64,000 nt of DNA from Candidatus Methanosuratincola verstraetei (GCA_049570475.1 CP186953.1:736001-800000); one strand, 5' to 3'; positions 19,484 through 29,655 are shown, counted from the first letter of the stretch. Numbers and translations: made by a program. Notes: a model not told the origin generated them from the sequence alone.

Positions 19484-20270
19484 TTGAATTAAAACAATGA
19501 ATTCTCAATTTTTAATAAAATAAATGGTTAGTTATTTTTCACTAATAATGGCGAATGCTTTTATGGCATAAAAGTTTGCGAAATATGACCAGAAGCGAGA
19601 ATGTAAAGTTCCTTGATTAAGACCATAGTGAAGGCAAAGCATGGAGACCAGAGCGTTATGCTTCGCTTATAGTTACTGAGCTTCAAGAAAGATTACCCGA
19701 AAGTCTTCAAGAGTGTGCCTAATCACGGAAGATCCTGCAAGAGTGGGGGTTTCGGACATCATGCTGAAACGTGGTGTTTGAAAATTTGTAGGTATTGGCA
19801 AAAAAACGACAAGAAGGCTTTTGGGATGATGAAACGGAGAGAATTTCAAGAAGGCGCTAGTCCTTTTTAGACCATACGACCTTCATGTGGCACACATGGA
19901 ACTCGGGGCTAGACAAAGGTTCTTTCTGTTAAAAAAAATGATTGTATAATGATTATAATATTTTTAAACTAGGCATGCCATTACTGAGTTGGCTTAGTCT
20001 GTTTCTTCTTCTCCTTCTTTGGAGCTGGAGCTGATATTATTTTCGCCTCTTGGAGGTCTAGCCTCCAAATAATCCGGTTGCAGCGACTCCAAATATAAAG
20101 GTTTTGAGAACAGATTCAAACTAAGCAGACTGGCAAATAATAAACTTAGATAAAGGAGAACCTGACGGTGCCCGTCATTTAATAGATCATTCTTTCAAAC
20201 CCGTTCATTTCAGTCAACTAAACAAACCTTATAGGATGGTGGCGATTTTTGGATTGTAGAGGGTGATTAG

Positions 20271-20468
20271 ATGCCAGAGGGCAAGTTTGCTAACAGGGCA
20301 GAAGCGAAGCAGTCTGCAGCGCAGCCAGCGATCGACCTCAAGAAGATGAGTTGCAAGGATTGCGGGTTGTTTACAGCAATGGGAAAAAGCGGTCAGGGGT
20401 ACTGCAGAAAGACAGCAGCCAAGAAGAGTGCGACTAGTAAAGCCTGCAACTTCTTCAAGAAGAAGTAA
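20271..20468 (+). CDS. Small basic four-cysteine protein, hypothetical
   Basis: GAGGGTGA RBS-like sequence upstream; CKDC...C...C; Lys-rich. Confidence 0.6.
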   Translation: MPEGKFANRAEAKQSAAQPAIDLKKMSCKDCGLFTAMGKSGQGYCRKTAAKKSATSKACNFFKKK

Positions 20469-20470
20469 GA

Positions 20471-21880
20471 TCAAAAACTTTTGTTTGGTTCAGGCTCCAT
20501 ATGCAAGGAGATGGACTCGATCTCAGGGCATCTTGCCTTGATTTCGACCTCAATTTTTGATGCGATACGGTGAGCCTCCGAGAGAGAGATCGTCTTGTCG
20601 AATACACAGCAAAAAGTTAGGGAGTATGTATCGCCGATCTTTTTTACCTGCAAGTTCTTGAAGGATTTGACGGAAGGGAAATCAAGCAGAATGGAATCCA
20701 ATAACCTTTGAATGCGATCCCGCATGAATGAAGCAGGCTCCCCTTCACACACTCTGTCGACATAAGGCTCTATGTGCGATGTAACACTGGAGATCTTTTT
20801 ATCAAGTTGTTTTATCCTGTCTTCCAGATCCGATGCGATCTCGTGTGCGCTCTCTAAGCTATGCGTTCCTTCTATCTCTACGTTAAATTCAACATCTAAT
20901 TTATGATCTGTTTCAGAGAGCTGGATCTTGCTTATGCTCTTGATCTCTTTCATTTTGGATGCCTCACGCCGCATCTTGTCCACTAGCGTGGCATCAGAAG
21001 TTGAAATGGGCTCGGCGTGAACCACCACGTCAGCGCCGGGAATGGTTTCTTGTATGTTGCGACAAACTGATTCGGCCAGCTCATGCGCAGCCTCCAAGCT
21101 AAGATCTCGGTCTACGTGCACTTCCAAGTCAACAAAAGTTTTTGCTCCAGCCTCGCGAACACGTACGCGACCTACATTCTGGATCCCTTCCACCGATCTA
21201 GCATTCTCGATGATTTGCTGAACAACCCCTGCAGGCGCACCATCGAGTAGAGTGTGGGTTGATTTCTTCAATATCCGGTAGCCAATGAAAGCTGTAACTG
21301 CGGCCACTCCGAGCCCTGCCATTGAATCAAATTGCTTAAAGCCGATCATCGAAATCAAGATGCCGATAATCACAACGGCTGAAGAAATAAGATCCGTGGA
21401 AAAATGGATTGCATCGGCCTCCAGCGCCTGGCTCCTGTACTCCTTTGCGGTTTTCATGAGAACTCTTGAACGGCTTAAATCAACCACCATGGAAATCAAC
21501 ATGACGGCAAGTGCGGAAATGCCAAGATCTATTTCCACGGTCTTGAAGAGCAACCTAGATATCGCCTCGTAGACAATCCATACGCATGTCAAGAACAACA
21601 GAACGGTCTCCACGAGGCTTGCAAGACTTTCGATCTTTGCGTGCCCGTACATGTGGAGCGAGTCGGGAGGGGCTTCGGACTTTCTCACCGCGTAAAAAGT
21701 CGTGAATGCTGCTATCAGATCAATACCAGAATGCAGAGCCTCGCTGAGAATGCCAAGGCTGTTAGTCACTAGGCCCACTACAAGCTTCATAGAAGTAAGC
21801 GCAATAGCAGCAACGACAGAAGAGAGGGCCACTCGTTGTTTTTTTGACGTTGTAGCCGACCTCGAATCCCGTCTTCTCAT
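20471..21880 (-). CDS. Cation diffusion facilitator with three C-terminal ZT-dimer-like domains
   Basis: EALHS..D, H.YGH.K.E, ADAIH..TD; repeated 'SL..AH.IA......H.EP'. Confidence 0.9.
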   Translation of the reverse strand: MRRRDSRSATTSKKQRVALSSVVAAIALTSMKLVVGLVTNSLGILSEALHSGIDLIAAFTTFYAVRKSEAPPDSLHMYGHAKIESLASLVETVLLFLTCVWIVYEAISRLLFKTVEIDLGISALAVMLISMVVDLSRSRVLMKTAKEYRSQALEADAIHFSTDLISSAVVIIGILISMIGFKQFDSMAGLGVAAVTAFIGYRILKKSTHTLLDGAPAGVVQQIIENARSVEGIQNVGRVRVREAGAKTFVDLEVHVDRDLSLEAAHELAESVCRNIQETIPGADVVVHAEPISTSDATLVDKMRREASKMKEIKSISKIQLSETDHKLDVEFNVEIEGTHSLESAHEIASDLEDRIKQLDKKISSVTSHIEPYVDRVCEGEPASFMRDRIQRLLDSILLDFPSVKSFKNLQVKKIGDTYSLTFCCVFDKTISLSEAHRIASKIEVEIKARCPEIESISLHMEPEPNKSF

Positions 21881-21921
21881 CAGAGGATAAAAGGGTTTCT
21901 TTTTTTATAAAAAAATTGTAA

Positions 21922-22359
21922 TTATATTGATAAAAGGTTTAGACCGGTAGTCTCATCATATTTTCTTATTATTTTTGGATCGAGAGCCCTGATGTAGGCC
22001 TCCCCTGCAAAGACGATCGATCCTTCTCCCAAGTGCCCGCCAAAGCATCGCCCTTCTTTGTCCGCTAAAACGACATGGCAATGTACTATTGTCTCTCCTT
22101 CCTTTATCGCGATATTTCCAATGCCTGAGGCGATCTCCAAGGGGGTCTCCAGAAGGATCTTGTGGTACTGCTTTTTCTCTTGGACATAATAATGGATTAC
22201 CGCCTTCTTAAGAGCGCCAATCACTGTGAATACGCCAGCACCTATTCCGAGCCGCTCGGCAGCCACCTTTAAAGAAGATAGAAGATCGGAGTTGTGAGGT
22301 ATGCTATACATGTATTCCCCAGTGCACTCGTATTTTTCTATGCCCAAATCAGACACCAA
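21922..22359 (-). CDS. PPC/DUF296 domain protein
   Basis: IGAL, EIAS..GNI, HCH.VL, GGHL. Confidence 0.9.
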   Translation of the reverse strand: MVSDLGIEKYECTGEYMYSIPHNSDLLSSLKVAAERLGIGAGVFTVIGALKKAVIHYYVQEKKQYHKILLETPLEIASGIGNIAIKEGETIVHCHVVLADKEGRCFGGHLGEGSIVFAGEAYIRALDPKIIRKYDETTGLNLLSI

Positions 22360-22410
22360 AATAATTATGTAATCGGGAATAAAAATGGATTGATTCGAAA
22401 GGCGAGGAAG

Positions 22411-23487
22411 TTGCTATTCTTCGTGCTCACGACTGGTAAGTGCAACCTCAGATGCAAATATTGCGGGGGCAGCTTCCCAGAGGAGCGCGTGCCTGCAATG
22501 CCTACTTACGAACTGTCATTGCTGAAGGAGTTAATTGAAAACGATCCCGAGCCGATTGTCGCTTTCTATGGAGGGGAGCCGCTAATACAGGCAGATGTGA
22601 TAAGGCAGGTCATGGACAACATAGAAGCGAAGTTCTTGATCCAGACTAACGGGACTTTGTGGGATAATCTTGATTGGGATTACTGGAGGAGGATGGATGC
22701 TGTCCTTTTGTCGATTGACGGGACCGAGAAAACTACCGATGGATACAGGGGCTTGGGGACTTATCGAAAGGTCACGCAAGCCGCAAAAGCGTTTAGAAAA
22801 TACGGCTACGAAGGGGACCTAATTGCAAGGATGGCAGTCTCGGAGAGGACTGATATCTATAGCGATGTCCTGCATCTCATTAATCTTAGATTATTCGACC
22901 ACGTACATTGGCAACTGGATGTTGGATGGAGCGACTCATGGATCGATTTTGACAAATGGTGCTCAGACAGCTATGAGCCTGGAATAGACAGGCTGGTGCA
23001 GTTTTGGATTGAAGAGCTGAGGCGGGGGAGAGTGCATGGCATTGTCCCCTTTCTCGGGATACTAAAGAGGCTTAGAGAAGGCGGGTGCAACCCGCCCTGT
23101 GGAGCAGGAGTGGACGCGATTGCAATTCTGCCGAACGGCGAGATCAGGGCCTGCCCTATCGCCTACGACGCCGAATGGGCGCTTCTTGGGAAACTAGGTC
23201 AGACGAGCTATTCTGAGATGCGCCGCAAAATGCTCGGATGTGGCATAGTAGGAGAGTGCAAAAGTTGCGCCTACCTCAGGGGTTGCGGCGGAAGATGCTT
23301 GTACATGAACCGGGAGCGCTATTGGGGTGAAGGAGGGCTCAAGAAGATATGCAATGTCACAAAATATACCATCGATGCGATCAGCAATGTGAATAACGAG
23401 GCATATGCTATAATGAACGATTTAGGAATGGGTTACGAGGCACTGGACTACCCCAAATTCAACAACAGCACGGAGATAGTCCCATAA
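22411..23487 (+). CDS. Radical SAM/SPASM protein (archaeal AF0577/TIGR04084-like)
   Basis: CNLRCKYC, FYGGEPL, CGAG...CP...C..C.....CGGRC, C-terminal TEIVP. Confidence 0.85.
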   Translation: MLFFVLTTGKCNLRCKYCGGSFPEERVPAMPTYELSLLKELIENDPEPIVAFYGGEPLIQADVIRQVMDNIEAKFLIQTNGTLWDNLDWDYWRRMDAVLLSIDGTEKTTDGYRGLGTYRKVTQAAKAFRKYGYEGDLIARMAVSERTDIYSDVLHLINLRLFDHVHWQLDVGWSDSWIDFDKWCSDSYEPGIDRLVQFWIEELRRGRVHGIVPFLGILKRLREGGCNPPCGAGVDAIAILPNGEIRACPIAYDAEWALLGKLGQTSYSEMRRKMLGCGIVGECKSCAYLRGCGGRCLYMNRERYWGEGGLKKICNVTKYTIDAISNVNNEAYAIMNDLGMGYEALDYPKFNNSTEIVP

Positions 23488-23531
23488 AGCAAATATAACA
23501 AAAGAAAAATACTGAACCATGGGGGCTGACT

Positions 23532-23960
23532 TTGAAGAAAGTAAAGGAGTTAATGACTAAGGATGTAGTCACTATAAATAAGGAAAAAACAATCGTGGAG
23601 GCTGCAAAAATTATCGGCGATAAGGGCGTTGGATCACTAGTAATTACTGACAACGGCAATATTGTTGGGGTCCTGACCGAAAGGGACATAATTACAAAAT
23701 GTGTAGCGAAGGGATGCGAACCTTCAAAGACCAAGGTTTCAGAGATAATGTCCAGCCCAGTGGTGGCGATTGATCCGGAGGCGGACATAATTGATGCAGC
23801 AAAACTCATGGTAAGCAAGATGATTAGGCGCCTCCCTGTTTTGGAGGGGGGCAAGCTGGTGGGAGTAATAACCACTTACGACTTGGTGAAGAACGTGTCC
23901 AAAGGGAAACGTAAGGAAGACTCGCTCATCTATCTTGCCGCCGAATATGAGGTCTTCTGA
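23532..23960 (+). CDS. CBS domain pair protein
   Basis: VKELMTKDV, GVLTERD, IRRLPV, GVIT..D. Confidence 0.9.
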   Translation: MKKVKELMTKDVVTINKEKTIVEAAKIIGDKGVGSLVITDNGNIVGVLTERDIITKCVAKGCEPSKTKVSEIMSSPVVAIDPEADIIDAAKLMVSKMIRRLPVLEGGKLVGVITTYDLVKNVSKGKRKEDSLIYLAAEYEVF

Positions 23961-24013
23961 AACCTATCTTTTTACTTTTTAAACTGCATTTTGGAAAAGC
24001 TAAAAATTGTAAT

Positions 24014-24226
24014 TTAGAATCTAAAAGATGGAAAGAAATGGTGGGCCGAGCCGGATTCGAACCGGCGACCACCGCCGTGTAAGGGCTCCCTGATGGTGTT
24101 TTTTTCATCAGACAAGGCAATTTTTATGACGTTCTGGGGCGTTGTACCGTACAGCTCCGCCGCCCTGAGGAGCTTCTGATAAAGGTCCTCCGGCAATGTG
24201 AGCGACTTGAAGCCTTTGCGGGGCAT
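24014..24226 (-). CDS. Int(N): N-terminal integrase fragment, RHH-like, reading through att
   Basis: MPRKGFKSLTLPEDLYQKL... followed by att-encoded PLHGGGRRFESGSAHH in the same frame as Int(C). Confidence 0.7.
   Translation of the reverse strand: MPRKGFKSLTLPEDLYQKLLRAAELYGTTPQNVIKIALSDEKNTIREPLHGGGRRFESGSAHHFFPSFRF
24038..24086 (-). repeat. att site: duplicated 3' part of tRNA-Val
   Basis: ATGGTGGGCCGAGCCGGATTCGAACCGGCGACCACCGCCGTGTAAGGGC, identical to 31775-31823. Confidence 0.95.
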
Positions 24227-24286
24227 GTGATAAACTATCTTTCCGCTATCGGAAATGCGTTTCGGGGGGTGTTCTTACGCCCGTTC

Positions 24287-24850
24287 CTAAGGCGTTCCCC
24301 AAGAGGAAACTATCTCGCTCACCGTCTTCAGTTCGGCATTGTAGGCGTCCGTGAGGTACTTCAGCCCCGAGACGTGGTCCTCCTCGGTGAACGCCTCGAC
24401 GGCGTCTTTAGCCACCACGATCCTGTATCCCCTGAAGAAGGCGTCCGCGGCGGTGTGCCTCACGCACATGTGTGTGTGCAGCCCGCAAAGGACCACGGTC
24501 TTGACGCCCTTGCCCCCGTAGAGGCTCCTCAGGAGCGGATCCAGCCCCGTCTCGAAGAAGCCGCTGTAGGCCCTCTTCTCTACGATGAAGTCGCCCTTGG
24601 ACGGAGCCAGCTCGGGGATCACCTCTGCCCCCTTAGTCCCCTTTATGGCATGCTGCCCCCACCTGTTCACGACCTCCGGGTCGTGCGGGTAGTGGGCGTC
24701 GTTGCTGTAGATCACCGGTACCCCGCGCTCGCGGGCTGATGCGACGAGCCTCCCGATAGCCGGCACGATCCTCTCGGCGCGATCGCACCTGAGGCTCCCG
24801 TGGACGAAGTCGTTCAGCATGTCGATTACTATCACTGCCGGGTTTTCCAT
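24287..24850 (-). CDS. Isochorismatase-family cysteine hydrolase
   Basis: IDMLNDF, K..YSGF, GLHT..CV.HTA.DA. Confidence 0.9.
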   Translation of the reverse strand: MENPAVIVIDMLNDFVHGSLRCDRAERIVPAIGRLVASARERGVPVIYSNDAHYPHDPEVVNRWGQHAIKGTKGAEVIPELAPSKGDFIVEKRAYSGFFETGLDPLLRSLYGGKGVKTVVLCGLHTHMCVRHTAADAFFRGYRIVVAKDAVEAFTEEDHVSGLKYLTDAYNAELKTVSEIVSSWGTP

Positions 24851-24910
24851 AGTCGATCCCCCGCGCCCCCATTGTAGTATTCTGCCGCAGCCATATATCG
24901 TTTGCAACTT

Positions 24911-25708
24911 TCAGGCCCGTTTTTCCCTGATCTCGAAGACGCACCTCTTGTCGCCCTTCGCAATGCACTCGGTCTCTTCGACCTGGAAGGGCTTCCCGAA
25001 TACCTCCGCGAAGATCCCGGCGATCATCCCCCTCACCAGGGCCCCGTATGGCTTGCCCGTCACCTTAGCGACCTCGCACTCGAAAGAGTCGTGGACCGCG
25101 ATCTTCCCGCCCGAGTCGCCGAGGTGGATCACCTCGATCCTGCCGAACCCCGCCCACTGGAACGCGGCGGTGCTAACGCGCCGGTAGATCTCTAAGGGGT
25201 CCTTCAGCCCTACTGCCTCGGCGGCTGACCTGTGCAGCCTCCCGAAGCCCCTGCCCGCCTCGAGCCCCTCGTAGTACAGGAAGGCCTCGCCGCCCGATCC
25301 GAACTGCTCCTTTATCCCCCTGATGAGCCCCCTGTACCCCGCTGCTCTAAGGATTATCGCCCTGTCGCCCCCTGCGGTCAGCGGGAAGGACAGGTTGTCG
25401 ATGATCAGGCCGTCGGCGACCGGATCGATTACCTTCGCGTGATGGACCATGCCGGTGGACTCGAGATCCTTGACGAACTCATCGATGGGGACGTCGCACT
25501 CCGTCACGTCCAGGAAGGATATGACTGGGTACGAATCGGTTATTGCCGAGGGCGATGAGGCGAAGTACAGCGGCAGCGCCCTGTGCTTGGCAGCTGTCTT
25601 AGTCACGGCTGCGAGCGCCTCGGGGTCGGCCTTAATGATGAACCTCAGCCCCACGAGCTTCCTTCCAGGCAGCACGAGCATCCGCGACAAGTCGAACTCG
25701 TAGCTCAT
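24911..25708 (-). CDS. V4R domain protein with an ACT-like N-terminus
   Basis: G.G.I, SFEC, RG.IAG, E.ECIAKGD..C.F. Confidence 0.85.
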   Translation of the reverse strand: MSYEFDLSRMLVLPGRKLVGLRFIIKADPEALAAVTKTAAKHRALPLYFASSPSAITDSYPVISFLDVTECDVPIDEFVKDLESTGMVHHAKVIDPVADGLIIDNLSFPLTAGGDRAIILRAAGYRGLIRGIKEQFGSGGEAFLYYEGLEAGRGFGRLHRSAAEAVGLKDPLEIYRRVSTAAFQWAGFGRIEVIHLGDSGGKIAVHDSFECEVAKVTGKPYGALVRGMIAGIFAEVFGKPFQVEETECIAKGDKRCVFEIREKRA

Positions 25709-25827
25709 GCAATTTGTTGTTTCCGTTTTACCATTATAACACTTTCGCCCCGCAGACTCCGGGCTTCCGCTTTCCGGAAATTCTTAAGCCTCCCGGGAGC
25801 GGATTACCGTGGTGCTGGTGGGTTTTC

Positions 25828-26013
25828 GTGACGAATGGCAAGCCGTCTCTTGCGGACTGCGGCGAGGAGCTCTTCAACGGGAGGGTGAGGTGCAGGTACA
25901 GGGGGTGCAGGAAGTGGTGCGCCTCCTGGCTGGGGCTGGCCGTGCACCTGCGGAAGGGGCACGGGGTGTCGGCGTCGGAGGTGTCCTGGAAGGACCTGGA
26001 GGGGGGACGGTGA
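25828..26013 (+). CDS. Small C2H2 zinc-finger protein (start uncertain)
   Basis: CRYRGC-x12-HLRKGH; stop overlaps the next start (TGATG). Confidence 0.6.
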   Translation: MTNGKPSLADCGEELFNGRVRCRYRGCRKWCASWLGLAVHLRKGHGVSASEVSWKDLEGGR

Positions 26014-26174
26014 TGGGCTGGAGGGAGTGCGAGGACGTGCTGGAGCTGGCCCTCGTGAGGATGAAGGGGTGCGCCACGGCGGAGGAGTGCAGGCGCGCGG
26101 TGGAGGAGGTCCTGGCGCTCGTGAAGGAAAGGAAGCTGGAGCGGCTGAGGGAGGAGCTGGGAGTGCTGAAATGA
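26013..26174 (+). CDS. Small helical hypothetical protein
   Basis: GGAGGGGG RBS, TGATG coupling; MGWRECEDVLELAL...LREELGVLK. Confidence 0.55.
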   Translation: MGWRECEDVLELALVRMKGCATAEECRRAVEEVLALVKERKLERLREELGVLK

Positions 26175-26182
26175 TTTAATTA

Positions 26183-29056
26183 TCAGACCTTGGTCCTCGC
26201 CCTGCGGAGCTCCTGGAGCTCCTTCAAACCCTCTTCGACCTGGCGCCTTTCCTCTTCCGTCAGACCTAGGATGTCGTAGACGGCTTCATCCAGCTCTTTT
26301 TGCGCCCTCTTCTCGGCTTCTATGGCTTCCTTTAATTTTTTACAGGCTTCGATTTCGAGTATGCCAAGCTGCCCCTTCTTTGTGGACTTTATGCTCTCAA
26401 GGTATTCTTCGGCTTTAATGCGGTCAAAATTCGCGGCAACGAGCTTGTCGAATTTACAAGTCAGGATATTTGATTCGGCGTAGCTCAAAGAGGCGGGGTC
26501 AATAATAGGAAGGTCCTTCAACTCATAAACTTCGATCTTCAGCACTCCTCCGCCATAGGATCGTCCGTATAGTTCAACGATCAGTGACGACAATGTGGAG
26601 TTCAGGGAAGCCGCTATTACTGTTTTGCTGCTTTTATCGCATTTTACATAATGGATTATGTTTGGAGCTTGCGCATTAGCCTCATTGAGAAAAGCACGCG
26701 GTCTGAGATCGCTCATATATTGGAAGAGTATGCTAGGCGGGGTTGGTGTTGGTATTGAATACCACAATTTGCGTCCCTTAACGGTCTCTAACTCCGGAAG
26801 TTTTCTTCTTTCCCTCCTTGACCCCCTAATCACTTCTATTTCCATCGTCTCGCCGTATTCGATGTACTCCAGGGCCTTTGTTCCCTTCAGCTCCTCCTTA
26901 GGCTTGTCACACATGAAGAAGTACTCATCCACATCCTCGGGGCGGATCACTAAACCTTTGATCTTTTTAGGTGAAGAGACGCACGGAACTAGGAACTCGG
27001 GCTCTATTCCCCATTCCTTTTCTCTTTCCTTCGAGAGGATGAAGAACTCGTTGCACCCGGTCGTAGGACCCCTCACTATCTCAGCTACTTCACCCAAGGG
27101 CTTCATCTTAGGGTGGTTCAGCAGCTTCTTGAAGACGGGCGGGGCGCGAAGGTAGATATTCCACTTGCCCGGCTTCAGCTTGCCCTGCTTTATTACAGTA
27201 ACCCTAATTCTCTCATCGTCCAAGTCCTCCTCCGAACCCAATAACTTCAGGAGCTCTTCGTTGCCCATCCTCTGCTTTACCCTGACGAACCTGACGTAGT
27301 TCTCTTTCCTCTTCTCAGGGTCGCTCTCTTTTTGTAACACCACCACCGCCGTGTCTACCTCAGCATCCGGAAATACTGCCCTATCGAACTCTATCACGTA
27401 AAGGATCTTGACGTTCCTCAGCAGGAACTCTTGGAATGGCTCGCCATACCCAACCTCGAGCCATTTATTCGAAGAGATGTAGCCGAGCATTCCTCCCTGC
27501 TTAAGAAAGCGTATCGAGTGTATGTAGAAGTAGATGTAGATGTCGCTCATCCTGTCCAGGACTACTCCCTTCTTGTTTTTCGCCTGCCCAACGAACAGCT
27601 GGTCCTTGAACTCTGACTGGACCAGCTCGAAGATCTTCTTCTTCTCGGACTCGCCCAGGAGCTCCTGCCTTATGTAGGGAGGGTTCGCCACCACTGCGTC
27701 GAAGGAGTACGGGAAGACGACCTCTGCCCTGTCGCCTGCCGTGTCCATGCTGTCGAATCCCATCAGGACCTTCTGCCGCGGCTTGATGTCGAAGAAGTCG
27801 GAAACTGCAACGTTTATCTTGTCCACCTTTGCGTGGGGGTTCTGTATAGCCAGGTTGATTACAGATAGATGGGCGGGGAACTGGTTGATGTCCGTGCCGT
27901 ATACCTGGCCCAGCAGCTGCCTGTGGAAGGTCTCGCTGAGCGGGCCGGAAATTTCGCGCGGGATGCCGTTGAGCTCCCTCAGCCTGTGGTAGGCCCTCAC
28001 CAGGAAGGACCCGGACCCGCATGCGGGATCCAGCACCTTCGCCTCCTTCTCTTTGATCGTCAGTTTCACTATCAGATCCACTATGTCAGGGGGCGTGTAG
28101 AACTGACCCAGGCGCTTCCTCTCGACGGGCGGGATGAGCTTCTCGTAGACGCGGCCAAGGAAGTCGCTTTCCATCCTTGAGAAGTCGTACTCGTTGAGCG
28201 AGTCGATTAGGGTCCTGAACCTTTCCTTCGCCCTCTCGGTGAATGGGATATCGTTCATCAGGTCCGGCTGGTATATCGGCGCGTAGTCGATCTTCTGGAT
28301 GGCGTCATAGTGACTCGAAAGGACGGCGAAGACGTCTTCCTCTTCCCTCACAGATATGGGTGAAAGCTTGTCGGGGTATATCGCCCTCACCACGTTGTAG
28401 AAGAGGAGCTTGTTGATCTGCAGGTAGGTCGTCTGCTCCGCTATTTTCCTTACAGTCTCGTCGCCGTACTCCAGACCCTGGTCCTTCAGCCATTCCTGGA
28501 ACCTCTCGCGGAACTTCTCGTCCTTCAACTTCAGCCTAAGGGATGTGTGGAACTCTTCCTTCAGGTCTTCAAAGGCCTCGTGCAAGAGCTCGACCAGCGA
28601 GTCGTCGAGCGCCTTGGCAGACACTGGGGTTATGCCCAGGACGGCCTTGAGGACTTGATCTGCCCAGCCAGGGTTGCCGGATATCTCTACCGACGCGACC
28701 TCGCTCTCGTAAGCCTTCTTCCCCGGGATGACCTTGAATAGGACGAGGCGCTTCGGGTTGCACGTGGCGTAGAATGGATAGCCGCCGAGCGTTGCGTAAT
28801 TCGCGGCCTGCGCTATGACATCTGGGTCCCTCGGCTCTATCAGCCGCTCCACGCCGCCTATCTTCTTCTTGTACTTGGCTTCCAGGACGAGGACGCCCCT
28901 CCCGGCCCTCTCGACCACGAGGTCGGCCTTTCCCCCGTCGATCCGCTTCTCTGTGTGGAAGTCGAGCCCCAGGTTGAGGGATTTGTCGGCCACCTTAAGG
29001 TCGAAGAATAACCGGTTGGTGACGAAGTCAGACTCGGAAACGAGGAGGGCGGGCAT
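26183..29056 (-). CDS. Type IIG/IIL-like fused restriction endonuclease - adenine methyltransferase - target recognition domain
   Basis: N-terminal ADLVV...LEAK (PD-(D/E)xK), GQFYTP, DPACGSGSF, NPPYIRQE. Confidence 0.9.
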   Translation of the reverse strand: MPALLVSESDFVTNRLFFDLKVADKSLNLGLDFHTEKRIDGGKADLVVERAGRGVLVLEAKYKKKIGGVERLIEPRDPDVIAQAANYATLGGYPFYATCNPKRLVLFKVIPGKKAYESEVASVEISGNPGWADQVLKAVLGITPVSAKALDDSLVELLHEAFEDLKEEFHTSLRLKLKDEKFRERFQEWLKDQGLEYGDETVRKIAEQTTYLQINKLLFYNVVRAIYPDKLSPISVREEEDVFAVLSSHYDAIQKIDYAPIYQPDLMNDIPFTERAKERFRTLIDSLNEYDFSRMESDFLGRVYEKLIPPVERKRLGQFYTPPDIVDLIVKLTIKEKEAKVLDPACGSGSFLVRAYHRLRELNGIPREISGPLSETFHRQLLGQVYGTDINQFPAHLSVINLAIQNPHAKVDKINVAVSDFFDIKPRQKVLMGFDSMDTAGDRAEVVFPYSFDAVVANPPYIRQELLGESEKKKIFELVQSEFKDQLFVGQAKNKKGVVLDRMSDIYIYFYIHSIRFLKQGGMLGYISSNKWLEVGYGEPFQEFLLRNVKILYVIEFDRAVFPDAEVDTAVVVLQKESDPEKRKENYVRFVRVKQRMGNEELLKLLGSEEDLDDERIRVTVIKQGKLKPGKWNIYLRAPPVFKKLLNHPKMKPLGEVAEIVRGPTTGCNEFFILSKEREKEWGIEPEFLVPCVSSPKKIKGLVIRPEDVDEYFFMCDKPKEELKGTKALEYIEYGETMEIEVIRGSRRERRKLPELETVKGRKLWYSIPTPTPPSILFQYMSDLRPRAFLNEANAQAPNIIHYVKCDKSSKTVIAASLNSTLSSLIVELYGRSYGGGVLKIEVYELKDLPIIDPASLSYAESNILTCKFDKLVAANFDRIKAEEYLESIKSTKKGQLGILEIEACKKLKEAIEAEKRAQKELDEAVYDILGLTEEERRQVEEGLKELQELRRARTKV

Positions 29057-29113
29057 TATGAGCACCGGTGGTATGAATTATTATGCTAACGGTATAAAAT
29101 AGTTAGTAATGTT

Positions 29114-29290
29114 TTACAATTCCTTCTCAATCTCTTCCAGCTTCTCGACCACGAGGTCGGCCTTTCCCCCGTCGATCCGCTTCTCTGTGTGGAAGTCGAG
29201 CCCCAGGTTGAGGGATTTGTCGGCCACCTTAAGGTCGAAGAATAACCGGTTTGTGATGAATTCAGGCTCGGTAGCGAGGTCAGGGCGCAT
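29114..29290 (-). pseudogene. 58-aa chimera: duplicated RM-gene 5' end fused to a wHTH-gene 3' end
   Basis: 29143-29251 is identical to 28909-29017; 29126-29152 matches 30975-31001 at 26/27 positions. Confidence 0.75.
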
Positions 29291-29430
29291 GAAATAACAC
29301 CATATGTTAATTAGTATAATATTATGTTGTATATATTAAAATTGTTTAATTTTATAAAAAGAGTGTAAATGAGCGAGCCAAGTCACTTTTTTTTAAAAAA
29401 AAGGAGGGTCGGATGCAATGAAACAAGAGG

Positions 29431-29655
29431 TCAACGTCTGGGAATTATGATGATTATTAGAAATATTACTATGGCAATGAAAATCATACCCATCCCTAGC
29501 CCGAACAGATTCGGAAGATCTATGCCAGTAATTGTATCAAGCTTATATGTAGCCAACCCGATCAAAGTGTAGAAGAAGCCAATGAAGAGCAGCAAAGGTA
29601 GAAACGTTCGAGGATTTATTAAGACTATTCCCACCCTCCTCTCACCTCCTAGCAT
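29431..29655 (-). CDS. Small two-TM membrane protein, hypothetical
   Basis: Two hydrophobic stretches; start uncertain. Confidence 0.5.
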   Translation of the reverse strand: MLGGERRVGIVLINPRTFLPLLLFIGFFYTLIGLATYKLDTITGIDLPNLFGLGMGMIFIAIVIFLIIIIIPRR

